DNA from: Bigelowiella natans CCMP2755
Taxonomy: Eukaryota; Protista; Cercozoa
Direction: 5' to 3'
DNA length: 64,000 nt
Assembly (NCBI GenBank): GCA_000320545.1
Contig: ADNK01002829.1
Span: 60,544 to 124,543 of the forward strand
A program made the position numbers and the translations under genes. Below, one piece after another: positions 52,438 through 64,000 of the stretch (position 1 is the first letter of the stretch; each line of letters starts with the position of its first letter). Below the pieces are notes generated by a model. It saw only the letters and a program-made list of their open reading frames with translations. It made no database searches and was not told the origin of the DNA.

Positions 52438-55400
52438 GGAGGTCGATGACATATTTTCCAATGTGTTCGGTACATAGTACTTGGTCAGCTTTTGAAGTTG
52501 CATTATCGCATGTCAAAGGTATGCAATCAAATGATGAGTGATTAAGCTCACATGGTTACATACAGATCCCAAGAGTCGAGACAGAAACGAAAGCGAACTT
52601 GCAGCTTATAGTGACAGTGACGATGACGATGACGATGTAACAACGATACATATTCTATCAATAAAGTTCCTTATTCCTAGAACTTATTCAGATCTACGTA
52701 AGGAAGCTGCCCGACCTAAATACGAAAAAATTCAACACGTCATGGATTTTCATTATTCATTCCGTGAATCAAAATTGAAACCATACATGTATCAGGGACT
52801 TTCGCAAAAAACTGACGAAACGTGAAAGATCAAAGTCATTGACATCTAAGTTTTATCTTTAATTTTTCAAAACTGATTGATTTAAACATCTTAACACAGA
52901 GAAAAGCTTCAAAAATTTTTTGGGGAAGAAGCTCCATAGTAAGGATATGTCATAGCTGAATATTCCTTTGAGACGTAATTATTCTAATAATCACCAGTGT
53001 CGGAAAGACTCCACGCCCAGCACCACCACCAGTAATTTTGAAATGCGATATTACACTATACACAACCGTCAATTAATTCTGTTTCTCTCGTTCCCGTTAC
53101 ATGTAGTACTCACCGAGAAACGCAAGAGTCCACTCTCAAACCCAAAAGTATCCTCCCCCTTCAACAACCATCGGCGTCACTTCTTCAGCCAAGTTTCGGC
53201 CTGCTCCACCACGAACGAAGAAACCACCAACTCCTACAGCGGAACAACTTGCTAAACTTAATCTTAGCCCCGCAGCGCCAGAATTACCTAATTCACCACC
53301 GCAGATTTTGTCAAATCCATCCAGAAATAATGTTGGGTATGTTTCTCCTTTGATGGTAAAAGTCGTCCACCTTACAATTACTATGCAAAGGTTTTTGACT
53401 AGTCTAAGTCAGAACATAAAGAAGAAGAACTCTTTGAAACAGAATCAGGTTTTGGTGTGAGTTGAAATATTTGAATATACGACGTATGATATTTACTACA
53501 GCATTTCAAGATCTCAGAGTCCAAAGGCACACATAAGTAATTTGATGTTTGAGAACTAAAGTTTCCAATGAAACCTAACATTATCGAATACATGTTGCAG
53601 TTCAATATCTATGGGAGTTATTGCAGGAAAGAGAGGTCTGCGACACTTACTCAAGGACAGGAAGGATAAGAAGGTACAAACTAATATTGATCAAGATATC
53701 GGTTGATTTGTTATTTTGTATTTAGGAATGGTTTTACTTTACGCGAAACAACATCGTCAAGGGTAGCAAAATTCATTGGGGATTTGCTTTTCCTCATTGA
53801 TGAGCATGATTAGGGCCATTTACTGCGAAAGACATGCATGGATTCTACAATCTCGGTCATGAAAGTAAGTAAGGTTCAATTTTTTAGAAACTCACTGTTT
53901 TCCATTCTCTAGGCAAGATTATTGACGAAACAAAAGTGTGGAAAATGTCACTAGACAGGGTCAACTGAATGTTCGTTATATATTTTCACTACTAAATAGC
54001 ATTCAAATCAGAAAAAGTTCTCATCGTGGAAACCGTTGCAAGAAACGGAAGAGCTCATGCGTATTATGTACAAAAGAAGAACTCCAATAGTTTCTAGTGC
54101 TTGCTGATACATATTAAACACAATATAGACGTCCAAACAGTGAAAAAGGCAGACAGGATGTGATAGGTACACGCTAAGTCAAAATTAACTTTAAGAAATA
54201 GGACCAACGGATTGGATTTTAATGCAGGGGGGTCTGAAGCCAATCCCGCGATGCAAAATGTGAGGATTAATGCTCAAAAAATCAGAAAGGGTGGCAAAAA
54301 AGAAAAAAGAGGAAAAAAAATATTGTAACACCTTTCTACTCTCGAAATAGGAGGAGAATATATAACACTAGAAGAAATCCTCAGGTGGGTAATGTTTAAT
54401 TTTTGAAAAATATGGAATATGCAATTTTGACACACCTTTTAGGCGAGTTCTTCGAAGCCTCGATTCCTCAAAATGGGACGAATTCTTCATAACAATGCCT
54501 TACTTTGCAACAACTAAAGTATTTATATGTTTTCCTGAAAAAATAATAAATGGAGCTAATGAATACTCATTCATGCAAGGAGATGCTTTCAAACTTGGCT
54601 GAGATTATTGAAAAGAAACAAGTAGAAATCCATAAGGTAACATTGTATCAGCTATTCCGTATTAAATACGGTCAAGAATAAGTTTCGTTCAGGTAGAGAA
54701 ATTCATTTCCTCTTGGGTAGAGAGATATCCAATGGATTTCAGGTACATCAAACACATTGAAGAACGAAATTCACATTTTTGTGTTCTCTAGTCAACCATC
54801 CTCTAACATAGAAATATGGAGCAACGCAGAGCACTGGAGAAGTTTGTAGCAACAAGTTGTGTGTCCCAACTTGGGTATTCTTCCCACAGCGTAAATGATG
54901 CGCTTTGTCTTTAACCGAGTTTCTAAAATAACGCAGCGATTCATTAGTTGGAAAGCAGATATTGACAAATCTAACCAGACAACAACGGAGGTTTTATTTT
55001 CAGTCCACATTGTTCACATGAAAGCAGGTCTTACCCCTATCCTAATTTTAGGCATTATCTCTCTCACTGTCGACCGAAAGATATTGTCCTCTGGCCCTTC
55101 AAAGAGTCAACTGAGTCAAAAGCAGACATTTTATGTACGTATACAATGTTGCCTAGCCTTCTTGGTATTCATAAAACTCTTATTTGCTTCCAGTGAAATC
55201 AGAGAATCTTCGAGACTTCTTCACATTGGCGAGTGACATTCAATGCACTCACAGGTTTTATGTTGGATGTGAATATTTGCTTCAAGGTCACAATTACAAT
55301 TGCAGGGAAATTGCCATGGAATTAAGTATCATTTCCGAAGAAAGAGCAAGTTTGATGCACGAAAGAGACTACGTCAATCAGCAATACAAAAATGAAGGTG

Positions 55401-56880
55401 CTTGGATAATAATTTAATAGTGCTCTCATGAGAAAGTGATATGGCAACCTCAGGATCTTTTCGAAACCAAAGCAAAGTAACGGAAAGATACTGCAATTTC
55501 GTTGCTACCAGTATTATAACTTCGCTACAACTCTCATATTACAATCCAAACTAATTCCAGTTTTATCTAGATATATTGTTACAAAAAGATAAAACGAAGC
55601 GTGAAAAGGTGTTGGTATGTGTATAAGTGGAAATTCTGCATGCAAACACTTCGGTTACGTTAATAGGCCATGAGACTGTGGGTGAAAGTAGCTTTTTTGT
55701 GTTTCAAGCTTAGGTACTATGAGTTCCTGCATGCCTTTATAGTTTCTAAGAATTATTTTCGTTTACGTGGTAAAGATGGATGAGCTGCTGAATTACTTTT
55801 ACTTTATTTTCGAACAGGAATTTTGTCACCGTTGTGGAGATCATGACAGCCTTATCCATTGCACCAATTTACCGGCTAAATGTAAGAAGTTTTTAAAATA
55901 ATATCAATACACTAATATTACTTAAACGTTTCAGGAGACAAAGAACATCATCGCGCATCCTAAATTCAAGAAAATGCATGAAGTTTGAGAACAACACTTT
56001 TTTCCCTGCGCCTTATTTGCTTTGTTTTTGGCAATGAAGCAAGTCACAATTACAATAGGTAATGTCATATACTTCGAACTATGGAGCTTATAGGCAATTT
56101 CTGAAGGTATGTAAAGTTTTGACGCTGTATTTATTCGCAACGTAATGTATTCATCCATATATTGTGTTCCACCACATTGTCACTTAATAGATGAATTTTT
56201 GTAGGTTACGAAGGAAAGCGCTATTCCATACGTACCCTATATGGGTTTGATATTCAAGGATCTCTATGGACTGGAACGATCTGCTCCTAAGGCATAAATA
56301 TTTACAAATCTAAAATGTGTTTGTCTCATAGCGCAACTACTCAGATTCTCTTAGATAACGATGGAAGGAAAACTGTATTATACTCGAAATGTGTGAAGGT
56401 CTGACAGAAAATACGAGTGGAACAACGAATCTAACCGCACGTACTATATGTTTATTCTTAGATATCTCGATATATGACTGAAATCCTTCAACACAAACGA
56501 CAAAAATATGAAGCGAAGGTTTCCTTTTCTCTCTTGATTATTATCCCTTCGTAATCAATACCTCAATTTTAGTCTAACACCGAACTACGAAGGATAATGC
56601 AAAATTGCGGTATTTATTTGCGTGTCCCACCTAAAACTGAAATGATTTAAGTTTATTTTAATGTCACATTTGATATTTGTGCTTGACAAAGATTCTTTCT
56701 ATTAGTACCCTCGGCCTATGACATGGATAGTCTTTTTCAACTATCATATTTGACTCAAGCACCGGTACTTCACCATGCTGCAATTGTCATTGTAGTGATT
56801 CATTCAATGTGTACATCTAGAAATTTAAATCTGGTTCATCTTCGGCATCACCTCCCAATTCTGAGATATCATCTCCGTAG
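51673..56880 (+). CDS. RasGEF (REM + CDC25 domain) protein with Pro-rich N-terminus, many short introns
   Basis: Exons read CREIAMELSII, YCNFVATSII, AMRLWVKVAFLCFKL|RNFVTVVEIMTALSIAPIYRL, PYVPYMGLIFKDL and MDSLFQLSY, with REM-like WDEFFITMPYFATT. The stop TAG is at 56878-56880. Confidence 0.85.
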
Positions 56881-57550
56881 AAACAATTGTATTGCACATG
56901 GAATATGTTGAAATGCATGCTCGAATGTTGAATCACAGTTAGGCACGCTACCCAGTGTGCACAGATGCAACGTAGCACACGTTTGTTTTAGCGTGATCTC
57001 TAGATTGGATCGCACATGATGCAACCCAAATTTAAGTACGTCTAAAATCGAAGCTTCACGCTCAAATAGTAGATTCTACATGTTGTGCGTTACGTGCTAG
57101 CATGAAATAAGCATCATCATGGCAGATGGTGCCGTGTACGTGATGCCAAGGTTTGTCACATGCTGTCATCATGCGAGCACTGGAACTGTCTAGCTGTCTA
57201 TGTCTTCATCATTTACGCGTACCACTCAGTCTGCATCCAAAGCTAGCATGATGCTTAACTCTAGAACTAGTTAAGCGCACGCCACTATGCATAGAGGTGC
57301 ATGGCCGCATGTACGTGCATGCACAGGATGGTATAGCTGACTACAGGGCAGCATAGCTAGATAGCAGCATCAGCATGTATCGCTCATCTGGCCACATGAA
57401 CCTCTATCCACTAGATGCACACACCATGCAGCACTTAGCTGCTGTCAAGAGATCTAATCAGCTGAAATCCAAGCTGAAATCCGAGATCATTTCGAATTTG
57501 TCATTTTCTAGTGCGTAATATCAGCCATTACTGCCGTCTCCCGTGATCAG

Positions 57551-58501
57551 TCAACCACGATTACGCTTAACGCTAGATCTACTATTCATCACCGAAAATC
57601 CTTGAATTGACTTGTCGGTAACATATGGAATTTCACTGTGTTTCGGTGTACTGGTAGGGTCGTGAAGAGATGTCATAACAGTCGGAAGTTGGAGTTCGCT
57701 TTTGACAAACGCGTTTATGCTGCCGAGTTTTGAGCTGGGAATAGGGGTTAACACGTAGAAGGTTTTAGCTACTACATCGATTCCACGAATGATACCAAGC
57801 CCCAGAACCCGGCACCCCTCCAACCGAGAACTGTGTAAAATTTTAAGGTGGTGGTGGTGGGGGGGGTTTGCAGGCTGTGATACGCTGGTAATATTCTTTT
57901 GGTCTCCTCCTCCTCCTCCTCCTCCTCCGCCTCCTCTTATGTTGATGTCCTCTAAATCTTTCTGCTGCTCTGGAAGTACACACTTTTGGGGCATGTTCTC
58001 GTCAGAAAGCTGAGCAAGCCCAACGATGGAGGCATTCAGACATCTGAGTATGTGTCGTGGGCTGACTGTTCCTTCATGGTCAGCAGCACACGTTCCAACC
58101 CACACCTTAGAGAATGCCACTAAATAGGGAGGCTGGGCTGCGAGACTATGAGCAGCAGTTAGAAACGTAGAGGAGGGGCCTGCAAAGTATCTTACAAGGC
58201 TGAAGTGCCTCAGATCGGATGCTGTTGCCCTTGCGCGACCAACACGTTCAGGTCGCATGGAAATGTGAATCGTGGAAAAGGAAGAAGACGAGGATGATGA
58301 AGGCCTTACTAGCTCGATCTGGTACTTAGGCTGCTCTTTGCTAGCTCCGAGGCAAACAATATATCGTGGCTTTGTGATAGCAATAATGCCTTGCAACTGG
58401 GCTAAACCAAGGCCTTTGATCCATCCCTGGGTGTTGATCACGAGGGGGGGGCGTGGATGCCGAAGACGAAAATACCTGTGTATGTGTGTGTGTGTGTGTG
58501 T

Positions 58502-58540
<39 letters not shown>

Positions 58541-59621
58541 AGTGCTCGCAACATGCTACAGAATAGATGATAATCACGATGGCGATGATAATAATCAATG
58601 ATTGGCAGCGTCGATATGTTTGTTTGCGGTATTATTATTTGTGGTTGTCTGAGGTACTCTTTCATCGCATTGCTGACGGCCTTGAGGTAGCTCCTTGGGT
58701 GTCTATCAGACTGATTTGTCCCGACAAAAAAGAACGATGAGGAGTTGTTTTGATGATGATGATGTTGAAGTCGTGACTGGGGTGGTGTGAGCAATGGCTC
58801 CCTCAATAAGGAGAAGCTTACGATCCCAGGCGGACTCATTTCACTTTGCCCTAAGTCGGTGCCGAGAAAGGCTACTCGACGGTGCGTGTTGAGTAATGTG
58901 TTTACAAGAAGACGGCAAAAGCTTGATTTGCCCGTATTCCTATAGCCCGCTACCATCGTCACCATGGAAGTAGGCGACGAAGATGAAGAAGAAGAAGAAG
59001 AAGATGGTGACGGGCTCATTTTCGTAGATTCTTTTAATATGTTCTCCATCGTTTGGGTCCAATCTCGAGGAATTGTCATCGGCATAAATTTGTTTTTATC
59101 AGTCTGCCGACAAACAATGAAGAATCCAGGTATTATCTCTAGATTTCTTCGCATTTTGCCCTCATGCATGCCCAGATCTATCCTTTTTGCTTTCTGAAGA
59201 GATGGTGGTGGTGATGACGACGATGTTGAATTGTTTGAGAGAATACTTCTTCGACGTTTCTTCGATGCTGCAGTGGTATTGAGCGGAATAATTTTGATCG
59301 TTGGTAATTGCTGGAAAGCCCCGTGGAGCTTGGCCTCTTGAAGCGGCTTGATGGTTAAAAGAGCGCCTGTAGTAGTGTGAATAGTAAAAAGAAGATGATG
59401 ACATAGACGACGGTTGCAAACTCATCACCAGTGTGGAGGCATCTAATACCTGGGTTCCAATTAGGGCAGGAAACTTCATACTTAGACTGCGTTGGGCGTA
59501 ATATGTGCTGCATAACCTCGAACTCTCCAGCTGTAGATGTAAACATAGGAAGGGGGGGGTCTTCAGCTTGAGATCAAAGCAGACAGCGGACAAGACACAC
59601 GCCTGCTGTCCCAGGCAGCAT
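57551..59621 (-). CDS. NOL9: Polynucleotide 5'-hydroxyl kinase Nol9/Grc3-like (start approximate)
   Basis: P-loop VAGYRNTGKSSFCRLLVN, TDLGQSEMSPPG, VINTQGWIKGLG, and C-terminal LGLGIIRGIDVVAKTFYVLTP. Confidence 0.88.
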
Positions 59622-59694
59622 GCAAGATAAGAAGCTTATTCTATGATATTTTAATTCAAAAAGAAGCACCAACTACGCGTAGGAAGGCCTCTCC

Positions 59695-60868
59695 ATGGAA
59701 GCAAATCCTCTCATCAGGCAAAAACTGCAGAGCAATGGACCCATCGCTGCGGTTCCTTACCACCTGAACCAAGAAGAAGAATTACAACAGCAGAGCGCAA
59801 GGAGACAGCATTTAGAGACCTTGATGAAACAATTTCGATATGAAGAAGAACAGCGTGCGATTACTGCTTACCTTCCCTGGCCTAAGCGAGAAGGACGTAA
59901 GTCCAGGTTCGGAAGCCATGCTCTTATCAGAGTAGCATCTGGCCCTACGATGTACTTTGAAAACATTTTAGGAAAAATATCAAGCCTAATATATCTTATA
60001 TCAACTCTTAAAAATAATGTCAATTGCAACTAACAGCAACACAGAGACATTCAGCAGGAGTAAATTAGATAAAATTTGATACTAGATTAAAGCAAATCTT
60101 ATTGCTCATTTCTTGCTGAAGAGCACTTCGTTCATCTGTTGTTGCTGCCCCACCTCACCACCTTCACTGCATGCAGACGTACCACCTTGTTAGTCGGCTG
60201 GGAGTGAGGAAGGCTTGGACAACTCATGCGTTGATGTCCACATACATTTCCCCCTCTCCAAATTCTCATTGCCGTTGTGGCGGATACATTCGGTTCTTTT
60301 CTTCAAAGTCAAACAGCGGAGGAGCACCTAGCGACGAAGAAGGGTAGATATACCAAGGATGATTCAGCAACAATGAAGTAGTATACCAACCGTACCAATA
60401 GATTCCATGACATAGGGTGGCCAGGAGGCGTGCTCGAGCTACCTACCAAAGGGCACAAGAGAAAAAAGAGCTCACAAAAGAAAAGGAGGCAGGAACAGCC
60501 AAGTTCCCTATTCCAAAGCAGGTAAGCGTTATTGACGAATCAATGTGACCGATGCATAAGCTATTGCAATACTCCTAAGCTGAGCGTATTCATCTTAGAG
60601 GATCTCGCCATTGAGAGAAGCTTTTGAGAATCAACAAAGGAGTCTCCGTCCGGGTGAGCTTCCAGGAGTTGCGGTAATAGCCACTACGATCTTAGGAAGA
60701 ACATACCTGAAGTACTTACATACTCCCTTGAAGGAGGATACTAATGACAACGATGAACAACAACAACCTGTTTGCTATCTATTAGTCCCTTGGAGGATTG
60801 GGAGAGTATAGTCTTGCTGAAGCTCAGATACAGTCTGCGATGCAAGAGGGACAACTCACCAATCTGTC

Positions 60869-60900
<32 letters not shown>

Positions 60901-61557
60901 GCACGCACGATACTCATTATATCCATTCATCAATGTCGCTTATTTCTAAGGAGCGGATCTCATGAGCCTATTCAAAGAAGATATGAGGATGACTTACGTC
61001 TCTGGGTCGATGATGTACGAACCAAACAAAATTGGAACCCGAGGCAATGGTGTCTATTTGATTCATCGTGCGCTTTCTATTTTGATAGGCTGGTATGCGG
61101 GTGATAAATCGCGTGCTGGAAACAAATGGTTTCAAACCTCGAAGCTTAGAACTACGGGAGTCTGTTGAACAAGAGGTGCATAGTTAAATTTGGTAGTGCT
61201 GTTTCATACAACACACGTCTTTCTAACAAGTAGATACGATCATTGTCTGCCGCCATTAAACGTCTCGTAAGCACTGTCGAAGCAAGAAATCAAGACGATT
61301 TCTCCAAATCAGCAGAGGTGCCGCCAATTATAATAGCTTTGGAGTTCTTTATCATTATACAGAAGCAAATATATCTGTTTTAGGTAAATGCCCTGAGTGT
61401 ATTAGCATCATCCTGCAACGTGACGATTTCAAGCTACAACGATGCTGTGTTGAAGGATTTGATAACTTACGGTTCTGGATGGCCATTGAACCAAAGGTCG
61501 CCTGTAAATCTTACAGAAATGGCAAAGGAATTATGGCTTAAGGTTACCAGCAAATGA
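59695..61557 (+). CDS. DUF1992 (DnaJC28 conserved-domain-like) protein, multi-exon
   Basis: Exons read SLAEAQIQSAMQEGQLTNL and AGMRVINRVLETNGFKPRSLELRESVEQE|IRSL, resembling the DUF1992 signature as I recall it. The stop TGA is at 61555-61557. No J-domain (HPD) was seen. Confidence 0.65.
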
Positions 61558-62353
61558 ATTATTTATACTTACTGCCTAGAATGACTAGGTTGTCATACGT
61601 AACATCATCATGATAAATCGCGAGGGCAGCATGGACAATTAGTGCATTGCGGCGTCGAATGAAGTAACTTGCATCGCATACGCATGAGCGTAACGACCTG
61701 GCTAGCTGGCTGGGTACCGCCAGCGTGCGTATATCGTTACAACGCTCAATGCGACTCATTAAACGAGGTACGATAGATGTAGCTGCATGCTAGCATGCTA
61801 GCATGGACGATGCTAGCGATGCTGGAGACTGGGAGATGCTGATATGACTGCATGCAAGCGCATCTACGCTGATCGTATAATCGACTGTCTATTCTGCGTG
61901 CTAGTCTACTAGTCTACTATAGTGTAAGTGCATGTATACATGTGACATGCCCACAGCTAGCACAGCCATCCAGCTGCTTGTTATCCGATGCGCATGGCGC
62001 ATGGCGCTTAGCATAAGAATGATCTCGGTGGAGTGGCGGAGCGGTTATCATTATTATGTGATACGATGCAATGTCGTGCGTCTTCGTCGTTACGATTCAT
62101 CCAGACTCGGCGTGCAGCACACACACCACATGATGCGTATTTAGATATTATGGCAATCTCGAACACTCGCGGCGCCATAACAACACGTTCGTCGCTACCA
62201 GTGCAGCTGGGAAGATTACAACCTTCAAAATCCAACTCAGATGCAGCACAGTTACTATGTACTTGTTGTACAGTATAATTGAGTAATAGCTTGTTAACTG
62301 CCAAAATAAGCTACACCGAAGCAGCGCTAATCTCATTCTTCAGGTGTCACATC

Positions 62354-63711
62354 CTATCCCTCCTGGCCGAACTGCTCCATCCAGTCCTCAAGACGTTTTA
62401 GGTCATCAGGATTAACACTAGGCTTTGTCGTTTTTAATACTCGATCAAAATCTATTCGGTTGCATATAGGAGGTTTCAGCTTGCCGGAAGGCACATCGTA
62501 TAAGCCCATCTCAACTGCCCCTTTAACATTGGGTGGAACTGGCTGATAGTTCCCGTCCTGGAGCTTGACAAAATGTGTGGCCAATTGACATGTGCGAATG
62601 GGTTCCATCAAAGCTCCCTTGACTAAAGTACTTATGTCGGATCCAGAAAAACCTGAGTTATAGCCGCAAGTATGAGTTCATGTGACATCATAATCATCAT
62701 CATTAGATAGTTTTCCCACCTTCTGTGTGCTGAGCGAGCTCCTTGAAGTCTGATTCCGTCAATTGATGCTGATAGGTGATAGGCGCGGATATGAGATGAT
62801 AACATTGTTTTTGCATGACGAGTATCGTTTCGTCACCCACTGCAGCAGGAGCGGAGAATAATTGCGAATAGAATTTCGTGGGTGCGAAAGTGGCAATTGA
62901 TGATTGATGATCTGCTGTCGGTTAGCGTTGTGACTCATACTCACCGGCGTTTTTCCTATGCTAATCTTGAAGATTTCGGCTCTCGCTTGCGTGCCAGGTA
63001 GGGGAATATAAACCCTCTTTTCAAAACGTCTTCGAATCGCAGGATCTAATTCCCATGGAACATTTGTGGCCCCAAGCACTAAGACACGTCCTTCACTTGC
63101 TGATAATGGCAGAAGGTCATACACCACAAAATTAGTGAAGAAGAATGGGGACAACATGGTAGAATATTGTATACAGAAGCAAGACCCGCTAAATAACTTA
63201 GGAAGGAATCTATCTTACTCCATATTTGTTCTGTCGTTCTAACTTCGCATCCCGAAGGTACAACCTTTACCGCCAACACCATCCATCTGGACCATAAACT
63301 CCGTCTTAACTCGACGAGATGCCTCGTTTTCGCCGTCGCTCCTAGCACTCACTAAAGAATCAACCTGAGTTACGTAACATCGTTTGAATATGGGAGTGAG
63401 GAGAAAAGAGCAAGGAGAAGGCTGTTTGGGTCACCAAAAAAAAAGAAGCTTTTCAGAGGAATGGGATAAATGTGGAGTGGGAAGAATGCATGATTTGATG
63501 TCATGAAATTATTTGTTTTTGCTCACACATCTTTACCTCGTCGATGAAAATGATACTCGGAGACTTTTTCCTGGCGACAAAGAAGAGATTTTTCACGAGT
63601 TTTTCACTCTCTCCTTGAAATTTGGATAAAAGACTCGAAGAAGAACACGACATAAACGTTGAATCAGCTTCTGTGGCAACCGCTCGAGCAAGATGGCTTT
63701 TCCCGGTACCT
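62354..63711 (-). CDS. VPS4: Vacuolar protein sorting 4 AAA-ATPase (3' part; 5' exons lie beyond the window)
   Basis: [32 protein letters not shown]|[38 protein letters not shown] and Vps4_C ...[23 protein letters not shown]. Confidence 0.93.
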
Positions 63712-63729
63712 GATGAATGATGATGGATG

Positions 63730-63766
<37 letters not shown>

Positions 63767-64000
63767 TGCATGCGTGTGTATGTGGGGGGGGGGGGGGGTG
63801 GGCGCGCGGGGGCGCCCCCCCAGAGAGAGAGCGTGTGTGTGAATTTCTAGCGAGCGTTTGAGATATATTTCGCCGTCAGGGAGAGAGAGAGAGACAAACG
63901 AAATAACTTTGTTCTCTGGGGAAGAGAGAGAGTGTGTGTGTGTGTCTGTGACAGAGTGGGTGGATGTGAGCGAGAAAAAACACGGGGGGCCGAAAGAGAA

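Noticed and set aside
63780-64000. G-run/C-run GC-rich stretch with G-quadruplex or hairpin potential
   Set aside because: Degenerate low-complexity VPS4 intron sequence that may be low-quality assembly; no function can be supported.

Overview
Gene-dense, intron-rich eukaryotic nuclear DNA with very abundant microsatellites. At least one gene (DUF4079) has a signal peptide plus Ser/Arg-rich transit-like leader, which points to an alga with a secondary plastid; a chlorarachniophyte such as Bigelowiella is my inference, not proven. Genes in order: cytosolic HSP70 (+), hormone-sensitive-lipase-like hydrolase (-), DUF4079 plastid membrane protein (+), beta-lactamase-fold serine hydrolase (-), SAP/AP2-like DNA-binding protein followed by coiled-coil exons that may belong to the same gene (+), a LINE retrotransposon with an inverted 3' fragment, Derlin (-), S1-domain pNO40/ZCCHC17-like protein (+), ankyrin-DHHC palmitoyltransferase (-), Mfd/TRCF-like helicase (+), RasGEF (+), Nol9/Grc3 kinase (-), DUF1992 protein (+) and VPS4 (-, runs off the window). 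The most striking unexplained signal is compositional. Spacers downstream of gene 3' ends, and the ends of the LINE, are depleted of TpA except within CTAG (for example, 12 of 12 TpA in 50791-51493 are in CTAG) and are rich in CATG/TGCA. This looks like the footprint of a targeted, context-specific TA->TG/CA mutation or base-modification system acting at termination zones and transposons. Exon boundaries were inferred by eye from GT-AG and reading frame, and some gene starts are approximate.
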